Below, piece by piece: positions 1-13,821 of a DNA stretch of 64,000 nt (its first letter is position 1; each line of letters begins with the position of its first letter). The stretch is from an uncultured Planctomycetota bacterium. GTDB lineage: Bacteria; Planctomycetota; Planctomycetia; Pirellulales; Lacipirellulaceae. The notes below the pieces were generated by a model, which did not search any database, had not been told where the DNA came from, and was given only the letters and a program-made list of their open reading frames with translations. The stretch is from the NCBI GenBank assembly GCA_963719315.1, contig CAVRBU010000002.1, forward strand, positions 352,001 to 416,000, written 5' to 3'. The translations under genes were made by a program, and so were the position numbers.

Positions 1-2178
<2,178 letters not shown>

Positions 2179-2360
2179 GCCTATTAAAGCGACCATTTCG
2201 TTGTCTGAAGCGGTGCCGGTTGGTACGATGGAAGGGTCGATCGCGACTTGGCTCCCGTACACCTAGATGACTCCAGCCATTCGTAACAGGGTCGTTGATC
2301 GCATCCGGAACAGCATGACGGCGTCATACGTTAACGGTTGTTCGCCGGCGTGTTTGGGAA

Positions 2361-3149
2361 ATGGCAATGCTGAAGCACATCTTCTTCGCGGCGACCGCCT
2401 GCCTCGCGGTGAGTGCTTCCTGTTGTGCAGCTAGTCTCAACGCTCAACTGTTTCCCCACACGGGCGAAGTGCGGTTTCGTAACACGAGCGGATTGGCCGT
2501 GCCGTTCGTGTTCTATTCGATTGCGTCTTCCAGCGGGGCCCTGAACAGTTCCAGCCTTGTGTGGAAGTCGATCTCGGATACTTACGACCTCAGTGGAAAC
2601 GGATTCATTGACCCTGCCTTCAATTGGACTAAAATCTCGACGACTTCCACGCAGCTAACCGAAGGCGCTCTCTCGGGTCCGGGCGGCAGTCTTGCCGCAT
2701 TCCGCTCCGTGAGTTTCGGCCAAATCTGGAATCCTGCGCTCTATCCCTCTCCTGACCTGGCGTTCACCGTGAGTCAGGCGGACATGTCCCCGGTCACGAT
2801 TACGACCCAGTTTGCGGTGGCCGGCGATTACAACTCCAACGGTTTCGTCGACCAGTCGGACTACCTCATCTGGCGCCAAACCTACGGCTCGACGATTAGC
2901 CTGGCGGCTGACGGCAATTTGGATGGCGTTGTAAATGGGGCGGATTATGTGATTTGGCGGAATAACGTGGGGCTTTTTCTCCCAGGCTCTGGCGCCGGTT
3001 CCGGCTTTGGACTGCAACTCGGCGGGGCTGTGCCCGAGCCGGGCGCTGCCGTTTTGTTCTTGAGCGCTGGACTGGCAATGCTCACTGCATGCGTTCGAGC
3101 ACCACGTGCTGCACGTCGCGCAGCAAGTCGCTTTCCGGTTCGCCGGTAA
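2361..3149 (+). CDS. secreted PEP-CTERM protein with dockerin-like planctomycete repeat
   Basis: Signal peptide; GDYNSNGFVDQSDYLIWR / ADGNLDGVVNGADYVIWR; VPEP + hydrophobic helix + Arg tail. Confidence 0.88.
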   Translation: MAMLKHIFFAATACLAVSASCCAASLNAQLFPHTGEVRFRNTSGLAVPFVFYSIASSSGALNSSSLVWKSISDTYDLSGNGFIDPAFNWTKISTTSTQLTEGALSGPGGSLAAFRSVSFGQIWNPALYPSPDLAFTVSQADMSPVTITTQFAVAGDYNSNGFVDQSDYLIWRQTYGSTISLAADGNLDGVVNGADYVIWRNNVGLFLPGSGAGSGFGLQLGGAVPEPGAAVLFLSAGLAMLTACVRAPRAARRAASRFPVRR

Positions 3150-4161
3150 CGGCCAGGTGGCCGAATGGCATGACAAGCGTGTCGGAGACGCCGTCCAGTC
3201 GTCCGCGTTTCACGGCGACGACGCCGTCGCCCTTGCCCTCCACCAGTTCATCGATGTCTGCTAACAGGGCCTCCAACTCCTTCGCGCTGCGCTCTGCGCC
3301 GGGGAGCTTCGCCAGGCTGTCGCAGACTGATTCTCGAATCCACGCGACTTGCGATTCGCTCAATCGGGCACCGGTCCCCAGCAAGATCGTATAGCGAACG
3401 TGTGGATTGAGCGGGCGTGAGTCGAGTTCCGTCAAAAACTCGGAGCCCGGGCACAGATCGCCCGCCGCTTCGCCCAGCCCATCGACGATGGAGTCCCGCA
3501 TCCGCGCGAGTGGCCAACCCTCCTTGCGTGCCAGCCAATGCTCCCAGAGGTCGGTTCCCACGGCGAAATGCGCGATGATCGTGCCGTGCGTGGGAGGCGC
3601 GATCATGATTAGCCGCTCGACGTTGCCCGGATCGTAGAGGGAGTTTTCAACACACTCGCGGGCCACCAGTCCGCCCATGGAATGGCATACCAAGATTACG
3701 CGACGCCGCGGATATTGCAGTTTGAACCGGTGCAGTTCGCTCGACAGCATTTGTGCCGAATTGCGAATGATGTAATCGTTGGGGTACGCAAACGTGCCGC
3801 ACGGAAAACCGGCAGCGCGGATCGGAACCATGAGGGCCGCGCTTTGCTGCGGGGTCGAATTGAATCCGTGCACAAGTACAACGACCGGTAAGTCCGGGTC
3901 GGACTTCTCCCAGTCATCCTCAAGACGCAGGCCATATTTGGCCAGGTCTGATTCGCGAACGACTTTCAGGCGAAGCCAGGCTCGTGCGCCATGCCCCGCG
4001 CTACACGCAGCGTTGGACGCCGCTTCGCTCAGCAGTCGCTCGGCTACCGTGCAATCAGTGTCTTTTTTCGAGGGCGAGGCCGCCCGGCTTGGGGCGTGCC
4101 AGTCTGGTGCGAACACCACGGCCAGGAGCCAAACGCCAATCGATCGCCAAGATCCGCGCAC
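3082..4161 (-). CDS. secreted alpha/beta-fold hydrolase (lipase/esterase-like)
   Basis: VLVHGFNS oxyanion motif, CHSMGG nucleophile elbow, GDGVV, late His; N-terminal signal-like segment; convergent overlap with the upstream gene tail. Confidence 0.8.
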   Translation of the reverse strand: MRGSWRSIGVWLLAVVFAPDWHAPSRAASPSKKDTDCTVAERLLSEAASNAACSAGHGARAWLRLKVVRESDLAKYGLRLEDDWEKSDPDLPVVVLVHGFNSTPQQSAALMVPIRAAGFPCGTFAYPNDYIIRNSAQMLSSELHRFKLQYPRRRVILVCHSMGGLVARECVENSLYDPGNVERLIMIAPPTHGTIIAHFAVGTDLWEHWLARKEGWPLARMRDSIVDGLGEAAGDLCPGSEFLTELDSRPLNPHVRYTILLGTGARLSESQVAWIRESVCDSLAKLPGAERSAKELEALLADIDELVEGKGDGVVAVKRGRLDGVSDTLVMPFGHLAVTGEPESDLLRDVQHVVLERMQ

Positions 4162-4554
4162 GTGATGTGCCTCATCGGGATTCCAGACGTATTTGTCCGA
4201 TGCAACAGCTTCAATATAGCGGCTAAGTTACCACAACGGCTACTACGGTTTCCTTCGATTCGGCGTGGCAGCTACATTCGGCGGCTCCGGTGATCGGGTA
4301 AGTCGAACTTCAAACGCCGCTGTGGGGGGCGTGATGCGCTAGATGGCGACGACGGTAGGTTCCGCGCGGGCGATCGTGTCTTCGAGCGCGCGTTCCGGTT
4401 TGGCGACGGGAGTGGGCGGTCGGGTTTGGGTCGCGCGGGGATTGCGCTAAGCCGGCAAGCGGCCAAGTGGTGGCGACAAGGAACACAAGAAGAAGGGGGT
4501 TCAAAACTTGCCTTCTCTCGGTGGGAGCAGGCGGGATACGCAGCAACCAAGGCG

Positions 4555-4587
4555 CCCTCACCCTGCCCTCTCCCAGAGGGAGAGGGT
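4555..4587. repeat. short palindromic REP-like element (CCCTCACCCTGCCCTCTCCCAGAGGGAGAGGG)
   Basis: Hairpin CCCTCTCCC-AGA-GGGAGAGGG downstream of recA; related copy at about 61334-61362. Confidence 0.6.
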
Positions 4588-4614
4588 TCTGATTCCGAGC
4601 CGAACCAATGGTCG

Positions 4615-5781
<1,167 letters not shown>

Positions 5782-5997
5782 GAATAGACCCCTTTTATCT
5801 AGTGAAATAGGTAGATCGGCAAGTGGTTGGGTGAACCGGCCGTCTTTCGAGGGCGGCTATGTTTGATTTCTTCGTTTTTTGTAGAGGGAGGGGCCGGGCT
5901 CAGGGGCGCGTCGCCGAGTGACAGGCGGCAACTCGCAGCCCGGCCCCTCCGAGGTTGAAGGAAAGGAGAGTGCAAGTGCGTTAGTGAACGCTTGTGT

Positions 5998-6026
5998 ACT
6001 ATATCGACCTGTACAGATGGATACAA
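5998..6026 (-). promoter_or_regulatory. sigma70-type promoter of recA with overlapping palindrome
   Basis: Minus strand TTGTAT (6026-6021), 17-nt spacer, TATAGT (6003-5998); TGTA-N8-TACA palindrome at 6010-6025. Confidence 0.65.
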
Positions 6027-6951
6027 GAGCCGGTTGGCCTTCGGCCGTAATTTGTGGGCGTCCGACGACCCCAACGCAGCCCGTAGTGGCGCGTCAACGT
6101 CGCCTGGAACACCTGACTGGAAAACGTGTACCGCAGCAAGCAGTCACATCCGAAGTGCAAAAAGTGCGTTCCGGCTCGGGATTGGTTGAATATTGCCTTT
6201 GGGGTCGCGTGCGCGTCGCGACGTAAGCCCTTATGCCACAAGGGGCAAAGTTTTGCACTGCGATCAGAAAATTTTTTTTTGAGTGCAAAAGTCCGACTAT
6301 TGCGCGGCGGGCGTCGCGCCACGGGCTGAATTTGCCGAGCGAGCCTGGCTGGATGGTGAGCAAAAGTCATAGAGTTTACGTCCATTTCGGTCGGCATTTG
6401 GCACGCATTTCGAGGGTTCTCGATCGTGCGCAGGTGCTGGATCTCCGGGTGCCAGCGGAGAGAACGCCACCGTATCACAGAGCTTGGCACAATTTCAACA
6501 AAGAAAGGCGAATGTAGGAGTAAATCTGGGACCTCCCCAAAGCTGGCGATTCTCCCGGCTGCAAAGGGTTTACTCAATTTCTCCTTTTTCCGAGGAATTC
6601 GCGACCCGTTTTTCTGGCGTTTGCAGGATCAGTTATGTACAACTACCCCATCAGTTGACCAGTTGGGGTACCACTCGACCGGGCCAGACACTTCTTTGTG
6701 GCGGATTGCTCTAACGAATTCCTGCGGGAAATTACCCGTTTCTTGTCCGCGGCTGACATGACCGGCCCATTTGGCCCTGTCGTCTCTGCCATCCGGTAGC
6801 TTCTGTGTTTTCGGTTCGCGCGCGCCGGTCCACCCGCCGTGTGCGCAGGTGGCAAACCAGAACACCGGCCAACGAATGAGTGAATTCCTGTAAAGAGCTG
6901 ACCCGTCCCACTAGGTTTGTGCAGTTGTAGTGGTGGGAATGATTCGAACGT

Positions 6952-7587
6952 ATGACTGAACCCCGAGACCAGGAAAGTAACGTACTGCTCCGACAAGCGG
7001 CCGCCGGCGACCAGGCCGCGGCCGAACGGCTGCTGGAGATGCATCGAGATCGGCTGCGAGCCATGATCGCACTACGACTCGATCGCCGCTTATCGGCCCG
7101 AGTTGACCCGTCCGACGTGTTGCAAGAAACCATGATTCAAGCCCATCAGAAACTTCCGGATTACCTCCGTACGCAGCCGATCCCGTTCTATCCGTGGCTG
7201 CGGCGGATCGCATGGGAGAATATCGTCCATTTGCATCGTCAGCACATCTTGGCACAAGCCCGGGCAGTAACGCGTGAAGAACAATTCGACGTCGCGCTGC
7301 CCGATCAATCGGCGGTCCAACTCGCCGAGCGGCTGATCGGCAAAGGCTCCAGCGCGTCCCGCAAGATGATGCAGAAGGAGCTGAAGGCACGGGTGCAAGC
7401 CGCCTTGGGTCAGCTGGATTCACGCGACCGCGAAGTGCTCGTCTTGCGATTCTTAGAGCAACTTTCGATTGAAGAGGCCGCCGTTGTATTGGAAATCTCT
7501 CAGGAAGCAGTGAAGTCGCGGCAACGGCGGGCGCTGGAACGATTCAGCGAGCTGATCGATGGATCGAGCACGGGGACCTCGGCATGA
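6952..7587 (+). CDS. ECF sigma factor, planctomycete kinase-associated type
   Basis: Region 2 (RVDPSDVLQET...FYPWLRRIA) and region 4 (DREVLVLRFLEQLSIEEAAVVLEISQEAVKSRQRRA); ATGA overlap with the kinase. Confidence 0.92.
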   Translation: MTEPRDQESNVLLRQAAAGDQAAAERLLEMHRDRLRAMIALRLDRRLSARVDPSDVLQETMIQAHQKLPDYLRTQPIPFYPWLRRIAWENIVHLHRQHILAQARAVTREEQFDVALPDQSAVQLAERLIGKGSSASRKMMQKELKARVQAALGQLDSRDREVLVLRFLEQLSIEEAAVVLEISQEAVKSRQRRALERFSELIDGSSTGTSA

Positions 7588-10438
7588 ACGATCCAACGGC
7601 CACACTTTGCCACAGTTCCGACGCGGTGTTCGAGCAAGTGCTCGATGAAATCACCGCGCGGATCCAGGCCGGCGAGTTGGTCGATCTCGATGCCTGCATG
7701 GCCGAGCATCCCGAATATGCGGAGCGGCTTGGACGATTGCTGCCCGCCATGCAAGTACTGGTAGCGTTTGGCGCTTCTCAATCGGTGACGGCGGACGGGA
7801 CCGGGACGCGCGAGCCAGATTCGGCCGCGAGCGGCGTGCTGGGCGACTTCCGCATCCTCCGCGAATTGGGCCGCGGCGGCATGGGCGTCGTGTACGAGGC
7901 CGAACAAATCTCGATTGGCCGGCCGGTCGCGCTGAAGGTGTTGCCGTTTGCGTCGATGTTGGACGACCGGCGGCTGGCCCGCTTTCGCAACGAAGTCAGG
8001 GCTGCCGGACAGCTCCATCATACGAACATCGTGCCGGTCTACTCGGTCGGCTCGGATCGAGGCGTACATTTTTATGCGATGCAATTGGTCAACGGACAGT
8101 CGCTGGCCGAAATCATCGCGGTAATGAAACCCGGTCGCCCCCCGTCGGAAGTGAGAGCTGCCAAGTCAGCATCCCTCGCCGCAACGACGCCCGGCGACAC
8201 GGCCAGAGCGGCGCTATCCACGCTACGCAGCAACGGCAGCGCCGCCTTTTATCACACTGCCGCCCGGCTCGCGATTCAAGCGGCCGAAGCGCTGGAGCAC
8301 GCCCACTCCTGCGGCGTGGTGCATCGCGATATCAAGCCGTCGAACCTGCTCCTCGACGAGCGCGGCTCGCTGTGGCTCACCGACTTTGGGCTGGCCAGCG
8401 TGGAAAGCGATGCGAACCTCACGATGACGGGCGACCTGCTCGGCACGCTCCGCTACATGAGCCCCGAGCAAACCCGCGGCTCGCGGGTCGTACTCGATCA
8501 TCGCACTGATATCTATTCGCTGGGCGCCACGCTGTACGAGCTCCTCACGCTCCGGCCAGCGTTCGACGCCGCCGATCGCGCCGAACTGCTGCGGCAAATC
8601 AACGACCAGGAACCACAATCTCCCCGGCGCATCAATCCGGCGATCCCTGCCGACCTGGAAACGATCCTCCTCAAGGCGATGTCGAAGGACGCGGCCAGCC
8701 GCTACGCATCGGCCCAATTGCTGGCCGATGATTTGCGGCGGTTCTTGGACAACAAGCCCATCGAAGCGCGTCGGCCGACGCTCGTGGAGCGCGGCCGCAA
8801 ATGGGTCGCGCGGCACGTTGCCTTGGTCGCGATCGCCGTAGCAGCGCTGGCGGTCGTCGCCTTGATAGGCGTTGCCGCGACGCTCTTCACTCATCGAGCT
8901 TACATCGCGGAATCGGAGCAGCGAGATGCGGCAGAATCCAATCTCAAGATCGCGTCGCAGATTATCGACCGCCTGCTCTCCCGCGCGTCTCACGACCAGT
9001 TCTATCAAGGCGACCTGGAACAAGCCGAAACACTGGCCGCCGAGGCCACGACTTTCTACGAAGAGCTGCTCCAGCACAGCGATGACGCGGAAGTGCGGTT
9101 CCGCGCCGCCAGGCGCAGAACGACGTGGCACGCATTTGGAACCTGGTCGGGAATCATGAAAAAGCGATCACGGCCTGCCGCCGCGGCATCGATCTTCTCA
9201 ACCCGCTGGTTGCGGCCTATCCGGCAGATGGCAAGTATCTTGATGCCCGCGGAGTCTGCTACCTCACGCTCGGCGACGCCGAACGGCGTTCGCGCCAGGC
9301 GCTCGGGGCGGAAGAACCGTTTCGACAGGCGGCAGCCGATTATCAACTGCTGGTCGATCGATTTCCCAAGGAACCCGAATATCAAACCGGCCTGGCCTAT
9401 GCACTGGCCGACATTGGCATGCTGTGCTGGAGCAGCGGCCGCTTGGATCAAGCCGAACAGTATTACGCCCGCGCTGACGAACTCTTGAAGAACTTACCGG
9501 CCGGCCAAAACTCGGATTGCGCCTCGTGCGTGCTGTCCAATCAAGGCGGGTTGCTGATGAACCGGGCCCTGGTGGCCAACGACCGTGGCGATCCCCAACA
9601 GGCCAAAGAGCTGCTCGCACAAGCGATCGCGCTCCAGCAGCAGGTGTTGCGTGATTCGCCAAACGATCCAAAGGCTGCCGATTTACTCTTCACGCACTAT
9701 TGGAATCTGGGACAGGCGTGCATCGGTGCCGGGCAGCCTGCCGCAGCGGCCAAAACGGCCGAGATGCTAGTCACGGTGTTCCCGAAGCGATTGGATGCGT
9801 ACCAACAGGCCGTTACGTTGTTGCTCGATGCGGCCAGGCTGGCCGATCAGGCCGGTTCGCGCACGGGCGGCACGGCCCAAGCCGGACCCACACCGACCGA
9901 TGAGGACGACGCGCCATCGGCATCCGAATGGCCGGCCACAGCCGACGACTATCGCCGCCGCGCCGATGACTTGATGGCTAAGGCCCGCGGCATCACCGAT
10001 CGCAATCCCGAAACGAACGTCGACTTCGCGCGGTTTCTGTTGCTTTGCAAGGACGAATCGTTTCGTGACCCAACGTGGGCACTCGAACTGGCCCAGGGCG
10101 TCGTAAGAGATTATCCGCAGCGCAGCCGCGCCTGGTTCACGCTGGCGCTGGCGCACTACCGCAACGGCGACTGGCAAGCGGCCGACGAGGCCGATCAGAA
10201 GTCAATCAAGTTCTCGCCCGGTGGCCAGGCCAACGCCTTCGACTGGGTGCTGCTCTCGATGATTCGTGCCCAGCAGGGTCGCAATGAGGAAGCCTCCGAG
10301 TGGCATAGCCAGGCCTCAGCGTGGATCGCCGAGAAAAAGCCGAAAGACCAAGACCTCCTCACACTGGCCGCCGAGGCCGATTTGACGATCTCTGAACCTG
10401 TTACCGCGCCGACCAAGTCCGTCACCTCTGAAGAGTAA
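7584..10438 (+). CDS. Ser/Thr protein kinase with TM helix and C-terminal TPRs (frameshift at about 9110 joins ORFs 7584-9488 and 9125-10438)
   Basis: LGRGGMGVVY, VALK, HRDIKPSN, DFG, GTLRYMSPEQ; TM after ARH; adding one base near 9110 gives ...RAAQAQNDVARIWNLVG continuing into TPR-like helices. Confidence 0.88.
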
Positions 10439-10461
10439 TTCCAATAAACACGAGCACAACT

Positions 10462-13400
10462 ATGCCCACTCGCCAACAACTCGGTACTTTTTCAACTGCC
10501 TGCTTAGCCATTGTCCCCGTCGCTGTGTTGGCGCTGATATTGGTGCAAACGGCCTCAGCCGCGCCGAGTTACACGATCACTCTGATAGGCCTCGCGGGCC
10601 CTGAACACACGCGCGATGATGGGTACAAAAACGGCTATATGTATTCTTGGCTCAATGCGTCAGGAGATATCGGTGGCGTTTCATACCGCTTCAACGGCAG
10701 CAGTGATGATTTAGGACGGAGTGTATGGGTCTATGACGGGACGACCACCAAAGACATCGGGCTGACAGGCGACGAATATTCCGGCGCCGATGACTACAAA
10801 TTTTGCGAAGCGAATGAAATGAACGGTGCGGGACAAGTCCTTGGGTATGCCAATCGCTACGACGGGGCCGGCGCCGATTTGGGCCGCAGCGTCTGGCTCT
10901 ACGACGGTCAGACGACGAAAGAACTTGGCCTCACTGGTGCTGAATACATGCGAAGCGACGGCTATAAATCGAGTCCATTATTTACGTACGAACAACGCTA
11001 TCTAAATGAGACGGGGCAGGTTATCGGATTATCTGATCGCTTTAGTGGTAGCACGGCGCTGGGAAACGCGGCTTGGTTTTACAATGGCTCGACCACCGTC
11101 CCCATTGGCCTAACCGACAGCGAGCACACGGGTGCTAATGACTATAGGACCAGCCGTGTCAGGGCCTTAAGCAATGCGGGAATCGTTGTTGGTGAATCCG
11201 ATCGGTTCAATGGTGGAAGCGCCTATTTGGGGAGCAGCGCCTGGTACTACAACGGCGCCACGACAACTGAGATCGGCTTAACGGGAGCCGCATTTATTCG
11301 AAATGACGGTTACAGACGCAGCGTTATCGGCTGGCACAACAACAACGCCCGTGACTACAACAGGCTCAACGAAGCTGGGCAAGTGATCGGCACGTCGGTT
11401 CGATTCAGCAGTGTGGAACCATCTGGGGCAGGTTCGAACGCCTGGCTCTACGACGGTCATACGACTAAGGACATCAGCCTCGACATCCTCGACGGCAAAT
11501 TCAATATTCCCTACGCGATCAACATCGCAGGCCAGGTCCTAGGTATATCAACAGGTTTATCCTCATACATCCAGGACAGCAGCAGGGCCCCTGGAACAGC
11601 ATGGCTGTATGATGGCGTGACTACAAAAAACATTGGCTTGGACGGTAAAGGCGGGTCGTTTGCTGAGATTGGCCTTGCACACGTTGTCAAGCTAAACGCG
11701 CGGCCCCTCAACGAGGCGGGGCAAGTCACTGGTTATTCTTTTTTGGGCAATGGGGAGAACGCTGCCTGGATTTACAACGGCGCGGAAACAATTCGGATCG
11801 GCCTGAGTGGACCGGAGTTCATCAGCCCAAAGAATGTATCCGGTTCTTTTCCGGCGAAGCTCAACGAGTCGGGCCAAGTTATTGGACATTCACATCGCTA
11901 TGTCGGGGATGGAAGTGCTGGGAATGGGAATCTTAGTGCGTGGCTGTACGACGGCAGCACGACAATTGACGTGGGACTTAGCGGCAGCGAGTACACAAAT
12001 AGCACCGGCGCCAAATTCAGTACAGTCAGAGGGCTCAACGAGGTAGGACAGGTAATAGGCGTATCTGATCACTACGACGGCAGCACCTATCTGGGGCAGG
12101 ATGCCTGGCTCTATGATCCTTCGCTTCAGCAAACCATTCCACTACCAAGACTCTCTGCGCGAAGTGATGGCTACGCGACCGCATATCCCTTCTATCTGGG
12201 CGAAGACGGCCTCGTGTTGGGCCAATACGATCAATACGATGCGGCGGACTTCCGTCTCGGCACTCGCGCTTTTTATTTCACCCTTGCCGATGGAATGCAC
12301 GATTTGGGGTCGTTGGTGGATGGAGGACTCATGGCCGCTGGGTGGGATTCGCTTGCCTCCGCGGTTCGCTCAAATAGTGCAGGGCAAATCCTCGGATATG
12401 GCAAGCTCAACACCCAATCTGGTGGCCAGATAGCCTACCTGCTGACGCCGACAACAAATGTCCCCGAGCCGAGCACGCTCCTGTTGGCCGGGCTGGCGCT
12501 CGTGCCGTTCTCTTGGCGGCGGCGGAGAGTTCGGAGTAGCACTTGTCTGCGGATCGCTAATCGTCGTTTCACAGCGATGCTAATTGCACTACTGGCCTTT
12601 CTGGCCGCAGCACCGGCTCAGTCTCAACAGCTTTTCAAGCTCACCGCTTCCGACGCCGCTGCAAGTGATTTTTTTGGAACGTCTGTCGCACTCAGCGGTA
12701 ATACAGCTCTCATAAGCGCGGCGTTCGACGACGATTCCGGCGACAACTCCGGATCCGCCTATGTATTCGATGCGTCCACGGGTCAGCAGTCGCGCAAACT
12801 CACGGCCTCCGACGCTTCCGCCGATGATAACTTCGGCTATTCAGTTGCATTGAACGGTAACATAGCCCTGATTGGAGCGTCTCGTGATGATAATCTTCGT
12901 GGCTCCGCATACGTGTTCGACGCTGCGACTGGCCAACAGCTTCGTAAGCTTAGGGCGTCCGACGGCGCGGCGGAGGACCTGTTTGGTTGCTCTGTCGCTT
13001 TAAGCGGCAACTTGGCCATTGTAGGTGCTCGTTGGGATAATCTCACGGGCGATGGTTCGTACAATTCTGGCCACGGCGCGGCCTACATATTCAACGTCAA
13101 TACTGGCCAGCAGCTTCGCAAGCTCACGGCCTCCGACGCCGCCACCGATGACCAGTTCGGAGTATCAGTTGCATTGAGTGGCAATCGCGCGATTGTTGGC
13201 GCTTGGTATGACGATGACGGTGGCTCCTACTCCGGTTCCGCGTACGTGTTCGATGCGACGACGGGGCAGCAGCTCTTCAAGCTTACGGCCTCTGACGCCG
13301 CGGAGATTGCCCAGTTTGGCGGATCGGTCGCAATAGACGGAAATTACGCAATCATAGGGGCCCATGGAGCTAACAATGAGCGCGGGGCAGCCTATCTGTT

Positions 13401-13821
13401 TGACGTTACCACCGGCCAACAGCTTTACAAGTTAGTAGGTTCGGACGCCACAGCTGGAGAATGGTGCGGGCAATCAGTCGCGCTGTACGGAAACATTGCG
13501 GCTGTAGGGGCCATAGCAAATGGTTCGGTCTACCAGAAAGGCGACGGTTCCGTTTATCTGTTCGACGTGACCAGCGGCAATCAGATTGCAAAGCTCACGG
13601 CGGCCGACGGCGCATCCGTGGACGGATTCGGCGGAAGCGTTGCGCTCAATGGCAACATGGCTCTCATTGGTGCCTCGGCAAACGACGACGACGGCAGTGC
13701 TTCCGGCTCAGCCTACGTGTTTCGCGTCGCACCCGTCCCGGAGCCGAGCACGCTGCTGCTGGCCGCGCTGGCGCTCGTGCCATTCGTTGGCAGACGGCGG
13801 TTACGCCCGGGAGACGCCTGA
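10462..13821 (+). CDS. double PEP-CTERM exoprotein: about 9-10 W.Y[DN]G.TT..IGL repeats, internal PEP-CTERM, second signal peptide, 7 FG-GAP repeats, terminal PEP-CTERM
   Basis: Uninterrupted 1119-aa ORF; VPEPSTLLLAGLALVPFSWRRRR at 12460 and VPEPSTLLLAALALVPFVGRRR at 13735; KLTASD...FG.SVAL.GN.A.IGA repeats. Confidence 0.85.
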   Translation: MPTRQQLGTFSTACLAIVPVAVLALILVQTASAAPSYTITLIGLAGPEHTRDDGYKNGYMYSWLNASGDIGGVSYRFNGSSDDLGRSVWVYDGTTTKDIGLTGDEYSGADDYKFCEANEMNGAGQVLGYANRYDGAGADLGRSVWLYDGQTTKELGLTGAEYMRSDGYKSSPLFTYEQRYLNETGQVIGLSDRFSGSTALGNAAWFYNGSTTVPIGLTDSEHTGANDYRTSRVRALSNAGIVVGESDRFNGGSAYLGSSAWYYNGATTTEIGLTGAAFIRNDGYRRSVIGWHNNNARDYNRLNEAGQVIGTSVRFSSVEPSGAGSNAWLYDGHTTKDISLDILDGKFNIPYAINIAGQVLGISTGLSSYIQDSSRAPGTAWLYDGVTTKNIGLDGKGGSFAEIGLAHVVKLNARPLNEAGQVTGYSFLGNGENAAWIYNGAETIRIGLSGPEFISPKNVSGSFPAKLNESGQVIGHSHRYVGDGSAGNGNLSAWLYDGSTTIDVGLSGSEYTNSTGAKFSTVRGLNEVGQVIGVSDHYDGSTYLGQDAWLYDPSLQQTIPLPRLSARSDGYATAYPFYLGEDGLVLGQYDQYDAADFRLGTRAFYFTLADGMHDLGSLVDGGLMAAGWDSLASAVRSNSAGQILGYGKLNTQSGGQIAYLLTPTTNVPEPSTLLLAGLALVPFSWRRRRVRSSTCLRIANRRFTAMLIALLAFLAAAPAQSQQLFKLTASDAAASDFFGTSVALSGNTALISAAFDDDSGDNSGSAYVFDASTGQQSRKLTASDASADDNFGYSVALNGNIALIGASRDDNLRGSAYVFDAATGQQLRKLRASDGAAEDLFGCSVALSGNLAIVGARWDNLTGDGSYNSGHGAAYIFNVNTGQQLRKLTASDAATDDQFGVSVALSGNRAIVGAWYDDDGGSYSGSAYVFDATTGQQLFKLTASDAAEIAQFGGSVAIDGNYAIIGAHGANNERGAAYLFDVTTGQQLYKLVGSDATAGEWCGQSVALYGNIAAVGAIANGSVYQKGDGSVYLFDVTSGNQIAKLTAADGASVDGFGGSVALNGNMALIGASANDDDGSASGSAYVFRVAPVPEPSTLLLAALALVPFVGRRRLRPGDA

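Noticed and set aside
12630..13720. Repeated AAGCTCACGGCCTCCGACGC as a CRISPR-like array
   Set aside because: These are in-frame FG-GAP protein repeats with degenerate copies; no cas genes are present.
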